A DNA stretch of 64,000 nt from Lachnospiraceae bacterium. GTDB lineage: Bacteria > Bacillota > Clostridia > Lachnospirales > Lachnospiraceae. The stretch is from NCBI GenBank assembly GCA_017430085.1, contig JAFRNR010000001.1, positions 1 through 64,000 of the forward strand. Reading direction: 5' to 3'. This document shows, piece by piece, positions 59,398 through 64,000 of the stretch. The notes under the pieces are model-generated. The model was not told the DNA's origin. It saw only the letters and a list, made by a program, of their open reading frames with translations, and searched no databases. Made by a program: the position numbers and the translations under genes. Position 1 is the stretch's first letter, and every line of letters starts with the position of its first letter.

Positions 59398-60714
59398 ATG
59401 ACCGACGGCCCGGTGGCGAAGCGCATCATCCTGTTCGCCATCCCGGTCTTCATCGGCCAGCTGTTCCAGCAGATGTACAACACGGTCGACTCGCTGATCG
59501 TGGGCAACCTCGTGGGGGATTCCGCGCTGGCCGCGGTGACTTCCGTGGGCTCCATCGTCTATCTGGTGGTCGGCTTTTTCATGGGCTTCTCCATGGGCGC
59601 CGGCGTCGTGATCGCCCGGGATATCGGCTCCGGCGACGAGCGTGCGGTGTCCCGATCCGTGCATACGACCGTGGCGATGGGCCTGGTCGCGACCGTGATC
59701 ATGACCCTGCTGGGCGTCTTCGGCACGCCGGTGATCCTGAAGTGGATGGGGACGCCCGCGGAAGTGTTCGACGAGGCGGCGGTCTACCTGCGCGTCTATT
59801 TCGCCGGCAGCGTCGGCCTGGTGTTCTACAACCTGCTGGTGGGCATCCTGCAGGCCAGCGGAGACTCGCGCCACCCGCTCTATTACCTGATCTTCAGCTC
59901 CGTGCTGAACGCGGTGCTGGACTACTGCTTCATCCGCTTTTTCGGGATGGGCGTGGACGGCGCGGCGCTGGCGACGATCATCGGCCAGTTCATCAGCGCG
60001 CTGCTGGTGCTGCGGCGGCTGCTCCGGACGGACGAGGCGATCCGCATCGTGCCGTCGAAGATCCGCTTCGACATGGCCAAGCTGGGGCAGATCATCCATA
60101 TTGGCCTGCCCACGGCGCTGCAGGCCTGCGTGATCGACCTGGCGAACATGATGATCCAGGCGTACATCAATTCCTTCGGAAAGGCGGCGATGGCGGGCAT
60201 CGGCGCAGCCTCCAAGGTGGAAGGCTTCTGCTTCCTGCCCGTGAACGCGTTCGGCATGGCACTGTCCACGTTCATCGCGCAGAACCTGGGCGCGGGGAGG
60301 AAGGACCGCATCCGCAAGGGTATGAATTTCGCTCTGCCGGCCGCCGTGCTGGCCGTGCTGGCGGCCGGGACCGTGATCTTTTTCTTCAGCCCGGCGCTCG
60401 TGGGCCTGTTCAATCAGGACCCGGAGGTGATCTATTACGGCATGCTGCGCGGCCGGATCTGCGGCCTGTTCTTCTGCCTTTGCGGCTTCTCACACGTGAG
60501 CAGCGCGGCCATGCGCGGCCTGGGCAAACCGGTGGTCCCGACCGTCGTGATGCTCGCTTGCTGGTGCGCAGTCCGCGTCCTCACGCTGATGACCATCGGC
60601 CAGATCTACCACAACATCCTGCTGGCGGTCTGGATCTACCCGATCACCTGGACGCTGAGCACGATCGTGTACATTTTCTATCTGCGGCATCTGAAAAAGC
60701 AAGGGATGTTCTGA
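59398..60714 (+). CDS. MATE-family efflux transporter
   Basis: 12-TM MATE architecture with N-terminus MTDGPVAKRIILFAIPVFIGQLFQQMYN. An alternative upstream start at 59335 is possible. Confidence 0.7.
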   Translation: MTDGPVAKRIILFAIPVFIGQLFQQMYNTVDSLIVGNLVGDSALAAVTSVGSIVYLVVGFFMGFSMGAGVVIARDIGSGDERAVSRSVHTTVAMGLVATVIMTLLGVFGTPVILKWMGTPAEVFDEAAVYLRVYFAGSVGLVFYNLLVGILQASGDSRHPLYYLIFSSVLNAVLDYCFIRFFGMGVDGAALATIIGQFISALLVLRRLLRTDEAIRIVPSKIRFDMAKLGQIIHIGLPTALQACVIDLANMMIQAYINSFGKAAMAGIGAASKVEGFCFLPVNAFGMALSTFIAQNLGAGRKDRIRKGMNFALPAAVLAVLAAGTVIFFFSPALVGLFNQDPEVIYYGMLRGRICGLFFCLCGFSHVSSAAMRGLGKPVVPTVVMLACWCAVRVLTLMTIGQIYHNILLAVWIYPITWTLSTIVYIFYLRHLKKQGMF

Positions 60715-60730
60715 CAGGAAAACGATTTTT

Positions 60731-60756
60731 CGTAGGGGCCGTTGTTTCAACGGCCC
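60731..60756. repeat. REP-like hairpin element (inverted orientation)
   Basis: CGTAGGGGCCGTTGTTTCAACGGCCC. Confidence 0.6.
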
Positions 60757-60785
60757 GCCGGGAAACTCCTTTATATCACATGAAA

Positions 60786-60806
60786 AGGCGGCCTTTGCGG
60801 CCGCCT
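60786..60806. terminator. Bidirectional terminator hairpin AGGCGGCCTTTGCGGCCGCCT
   Basis: Flanked by A4 and T4, between the convergent MATE and surface-protein genes. An identical 21-mer recurs at 62383-62403. Confidence 0.55.
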
Positions 60807-60829
60807 TTTGCGTGGATGTTATCCGGTTT

Positions 60830-62179
60830 TTACTTCTTATCCTTCTTCCCTTTCTTCGTCACTAGGATCACAACGACGATCACCGCCGCAACGATCAGCA
60901 GCCAGATGAAGATGCACAGCCCCAGCGGCTGCGGGCAGAAATGGCAGATCGGGCAGCTGTCCTTAGCCGGCTGCGTCGCCGCCGCCGTGGTGGTCTCCTC
61001 CGCCGCCGTAGTGGCTTCCGGCACGGGCTCGCTCCCCTGGCCGATCTCCGCGGTGCCGAAAGTCAGGATCACGGAGTAATCCGAGTACAGGTCATCCAGT
61101 TCGACCTGATCGATGCGGTAGCGGCAGCGCAGTTCGACGGGGCTGTCCTGTGCAATCACGGGCCGGCTGTCGTTCACCAGATGGAGCAGGGGGCATTCCA
61201 TCTCCCCGGCCTTGATGATCCAGTCCGCATTCTGCATACTGGTCCATTCCGCGTCGCCCGGGACCCGGCAGTACGTCTCGACAACGATCTGCCCCCCGTG
61301 CGCCTCCAGCTGCGTGGCCTTTTCCCGGAGCTCATCCGGCACGGTCAGGGTGAAGGCGACGACCGGGTTGCCGTTGAAGGTCCTGTCCGTCATATGCAGG
61401 TCCGTGATCACCGGCGCCTTGATCTCGCCGGCCTTGACGGGCTCCCATTTTTCCGCGTCCCTGCCGACGGAGGCGACGTCGGACCAGTCGGAATAATAAT
61501 ACTTCATGACGACACCTTCTTCGGTGTCTTTGTAGGTGGTCACCACGAAGCGCATGCGGAAATAGGCGGTATGTTTGGTGAAATCGATGCGCAGTTCTTC
61601 ATTTGCGGTATCGTACGTGTACTGGCCGGGATTCAGCTGGTCCTTCACGCCGGGCGTCAGGGTGTCGGGGTTGCCGTTCCAGCGGTCGTCGTTCGGGACG
61701 CCCCGGATGATCCAGTGTTCGTTCACGGTCTCCGTGGCGTTGCCGATCCCGAAGTCCACGCCGTCCCAGTCGCTGACACGGTAGCGGCCTTCCTCATCAT
61801 AGCCAAAACCGTTGTCGGCGTTCCAGTATTCATTGCAGTGCCAGCCGGAAACGGGGTCGTTCACGTCATCGATGGCCCAGTCCACCTGCGTGGTCATGGA
61901 AATGTCGTCGATGCCGTACGGCTTCAGGAGTTCCTCCCCCGTGCCGGCGCCGCGGGCTTCCTCCAGTTCCTTGAAGAACGCGGTCATTTCGTTGCTTAAG
62001 CTGTAGGCAATGCCGGTGGTGGTGGGCGAGTCGTTGCCCTCCATCCAGCTGGCGGTCACATTGGCCGGGGCCACCAGGTCGAAGGGGAGTTTGTCCTCCT
62101 CCGCCCGTACCGGGAGCGATCCGGCGAAGCAGGCCAGCAGCAGGACGGCGGCCAGAAATACAGATATTTTCTTCTTCAT
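60830..62179 (-). CDS. Secreted, C-terminally membrane-anchored surface protein of unknown function
   Basis: Signal peptide (AGSLPVRAEE). C-terminal TM helix preceded by Cys-rich CPICHFCPQPLGLC and followed by KKGKKDKK. Confidence 0.65.
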   Translation of the reverse strand: MKKKISVFLAAVLLLACFAGSLPVRAEEDKLPFDLVAPANVTASWMEGNDSPTTTGIAYSLSNEMTAFFKELEEARGAGTGEELLKPYGIDDISMTTQVDWAIDDVNDPVSGWHCNEYWNADNGFGYDEEGRYRVSDWDGVDFGIGNATETVNEHWIIRGVPNDDRWNGNPDTLTPGVKDQLNPGQYTYDTANEELRIDFTKHTAYFRMRFVVTTYKDTEEGVVMKYYYSDWSDVASVGRDAEKWEPVKAGEIKAPVITDLHMTDRTFNGNPVVAFTLTVPDELREKATQLEAHGGQIVVETYCRVPGDAEWTSMQNADWIIKAGEMECPLLHLVNDSRPVIAQDSPVELRCRYRIDQVELDDLYSDYSVILTFGTAEIGQGSEPVPEATTAAEETTTAAATQPAKDSCPICHFCPQPLGLCIFIWLLIVAAVIVVVILVTKKGKKDKK

Positions 62180-62324
62180 GATGCAAAACCTCCGCGGGGG
62201 TGTTCCGGGGCCGGGTGCGGCCCGGATCTTTGCGTTCTATTGTACTCCGCGGAGGCGGTAATTACAAGGAGTACCGGAGCGGGTTTTTGAAATATCGGGA
62301 GAGATCTTGTTTTGAAATACTAAG

Positions 62325-62372
62325 GTGACAAAGGGACGAGGTGACAAAGGGACGGTTCTTTTGTCATCTTTC
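62325..62372. repeat. Tandem direct repeat GTGACAAAGGGACG x2 plus an inverted third copy
   Basis: Copies at 62325-62340 and 62341-62355, with an inverted related copy at 62358-62372 (TTCTTTTGTCATC). They lie upstream of the surface-protein gene. Confidence 0.7.
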
Positions 62373-62382
62373 CAAATAAAAC

Positions 62383-62403
62383 AGGCGGCCTTTGCGGCCG
62401 CCT
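62383..62403. repeat. Second copy of hairpin AGGCGGCCTTTGCGGCCGCCT
   Basis: Identical 21-mer to 60786-60806, followed on the - strand by a T-rich run. Confidence 0.6.
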
Positions 62404-62434
62404 GTTACGTGAAGGGGAAGGTTTGAGAAAAGGC

Positions 62435-62482
62435 TTGACAATGCAAGACTATCGTGATAGTATGAGACTATCGAAATAGTCT
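62435..62482 (+). promoter_or_regulatory. blaI promoter with two operator-like palindromes
   Basis: -35 TTGACA (62435-62440), 17-nt spacer, -10 TAGTAT (62458-62463). Palindromes ACTATCgtGATAGT (62448-62461) and AGACTATcgaaATAGTCT (62465-62482). Confidence 0.5.
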
Positions 62483-62511
62483 GTTCAGACAGGACCGGGA
62501 TGAGGTATCCA

Positions 62512-62868
62512 ATGGAAGACCGTTTTTACGACAGTGAAATGAAACTGATGGAGCTGGTTTGGGAGCAGGAGCCCGTGAGCGCGAAAGCGCTGAGCCTGCT
62601 GGCGGAAGAGCGCATCGGCTGGAACAAGAATACCACGTACACCGTGCTGAAAAAACTGGTGGCCAAGGGCCGCGTGGAGCGGAGCGAGCCGGGCTTCATG
62701 TGCCGCTCGCTCATCAGCCGCGAGGCGGTGCAGCAGCAGGAGGCGCGCGGCCTGCTGGAACGGTTTTTCGGCGGCTCGAAGAAGGCGCTGTTTTCCGCGC
62801 TGCTGGAGGATGAAAGCATCACGCCGGAGGAACTGGACGCGTTAAGGCGGATGATCGAGGAGCATTGA
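62512..62868 (+). CDS. blaI: BlaI/MecI/CopY-family transcriptional repressor
   Basis: Winged-helix penicillinase-repressor fold features (YDSEMKLMELVWEQEP...). Start at ATG 62512 with a GAGG RBS. Confidence 0.75.
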   Translation: MEDRFYDSEMKLMELVWEQEPVSAKALSLLAEERIGWNKNTTYTVLKKLVAKGRVERSEPGFMCRSLISREAVQQQEARGLLERFFGGSKKALFSALLEDESITPEELDALRRMIEEH

Positions 62869-62869
62869 C

Positions 62870-63802
62870 ATGGCGGAGGCCTTTTACTGGTTTCTGAATA
62901 TGAATATCGTGGCCTCGCTGTGCGGGCTGGTGATCCTTTTGCTGCGCCGCATCCGCCGGATCCCGCGGCGCCTGATCTGCTGGCTGTGGCTGATTCCCGC
63001 GCTGCGCGTGCTGCTGCCGTTCGGGATGGGCGGCCGTTGGGGGAATTTCGGCCTGGTGGGGCTCCTGAGCCGCGTCTGGGGGCGGCCGGCCCGGATCACG
63101 GGGCTGCCCGATGCGATCATCACCAACTACGTCCAGGCTGCTTCGTCCTACGATCCGCTGACGTTCCGGGAAGCCTGGCAGTTCAAAGTCTTCACCTGGG
63201 GCAGCCTGATCTGGATCATTCTGGCGTGCGCCCTGCTCCTGACCTTCGGGATCCTGTACGGGATCACGATGCGGGAGATGAAAGATGCGCGGCCGCTGGC
63301 AGGCCGGCGCGGCGTGTATTTATCGGATAAGGTGACGGGCCCGGCTCTGTACGGGATCGTGAAGCCGCGGATCGTCCTGCCGGAAGGGACGGAGGAGAGC
63401 CCGCAGCTGGAGCATATCCTGCTGCACGAGGAGACCCATCGCAGGCGCCTGGACAACCTCCGCCGCGCGGCGGCCTTCGCGCTGACGGCGCTTTGCTGGT
63501 TCAACCCGCTCGCCTGGCTGTTCCTGAAATGCTTCCTGGCCGACCTGGAACTGGCCTGCGACGAGCAGGTCCTGGCCCGGCTGGGCGAAGAGAAGAAAAA
63601 AGAGTACGCACTGGCGCTCGTCAGCCAGGCGGAGCAGAAAAACCTGTTCGCGTCCGCGTTCGGCGGCGCGGCCATCCGCGTGCGGGTGGAGCGCATCCTG
63701 TCCTGGAAGCGCATGAGCCTGCTGGCCTGCCTCGCGCTCGGCGCGTTCGCGGCGGCCCTGTCCTGGTTTTTGCTGACCGATCCCACGGGAGGTGTGAGAT
63801 GA
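62870..63802 (+). CDS. BlaR1/MecR1-like M56-family membrane metallopeptidase (short form without sensor domain)
   Basis: HEETH zinc motif and N-terminal TM helices. The start is 1 nt after the blaI stop. Confidence 0.7.
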   Translation: MAEAFYWFLNMNIVASLCGLVILLLRRIRRIPRRLICWLWLIPALRVLLPFGMGGRWGNFGLVGLLSRVWGRPARITGLPDAIITNYVQAASSYDPLTFREAWQFKVFTWGSLIWIILACALLLTFGILYGITMREMKDARPLAGRRGVYLSDKVTGPALYGIVKPRIVLPEGTEESPQLEHILLHEETHRRRLDNLRRAAAFALTALCWFNPLAWLFLKCFLADLELACDEQVLARLGEEKKKEYALALVSQAEQKNLFASAFGGAAIRVRVERILSWKRMSLLACLALGAFAAALSWFLLTDPTGGVR

Positions 63803-64000
63803 AACGAATGATCAGTGTGGTTCTCGCAGTTATACTGCTTTTGAGTATGTGCGCGTGCGGCGCGCAGAAGGGAGAGACAAAAATGACGGAAGCCATGCAG
63901 GCCGATAAGATGGCGGCAGTCCCGTTCGATTTGGCGGAAAAACCCGCCTCCGCGGCGACGTTCGCACTTGCGGAAGAGCAGAGGACGACGCCGGCTTCCG
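63799..64000 (+). CDS. Lipoprotein (5' part; continues beyond the window)
   Basis: The start overlaps the blaR1-like stop (ATGA). Signal peptide with lipobox LSMCACGA. Confidence 0.5.
   Translation, partial: MKRMISVVLAVILLLSMCACGAQKGETKMTEAMQADKMAAVPFDLAEKPASAATFALAEEQRTTPAS

Overview
This window is a 64 kb segment of a high-GC Firmicutes-type (Clostridia-like, by inference) chromosome. Nearly all of it is tightly packed core metabolism, with frequent stop/start overlaps. The main blocks are as follows.
- A cell-envelope O-acyltransferase trio (MBOAT, DHHW protein, SGNH hydrolase) next to a DUF4358 gene.
- pta.
- A complete shikimate (aro) operon with two gene fusions (aroE-aroK and aroC-chorismate mutase).
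- A YdjG/YdjH/YdjI-like membrane-stress module (zinc-ribbon protein, TPM protein, SPFH protein with a zinc-ribbon tail).
- An arginine operon argF-argC-argJ-argB-argD that ends in a translationally coupled carbamate kinase.
- An AraC regulator with two tandem DNA-binding domains, co-transcribed with a second ArgJ paralog.
- Glycolysis genes: a pgk-tpi fusion, gpmI and eno.
- An MMPL transporter, MTHFS, RqcH/FbpA, pyruvate:ferredoxin oxidoreductase, a MATE exporter, and a BlaI/BlaR1-like pair.

The exception is a visibly AT-richer, roughly 11.5 kb island at about 38.9-50.45 kb. It contains:
- the frameshifted C-terminal remnant of a large serine recombinase;
- an overlapping pair made of an HTH-ImmA/IrrE metallopeptidase and a DUF4411 PIN-like protein;
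- a Type I restriction-modification system (hsdM, hsdS, hsdR) whose hsdR start is interrupted by a RhuM-like plus Fic/Doc cassette, flanked by a 94-bp duplication of the hsdR 5' end;
- a small XRE-family regulator;
- periodic 23-bp direct repeats and palindromes at the island edges.

A family of about 26-bp REP-like hairpin elements ending in CCTACG recurs in intergenic spots across the native DNA. Most opposite-strand ORFs in the provided track are GC-rich antisense artefacts.
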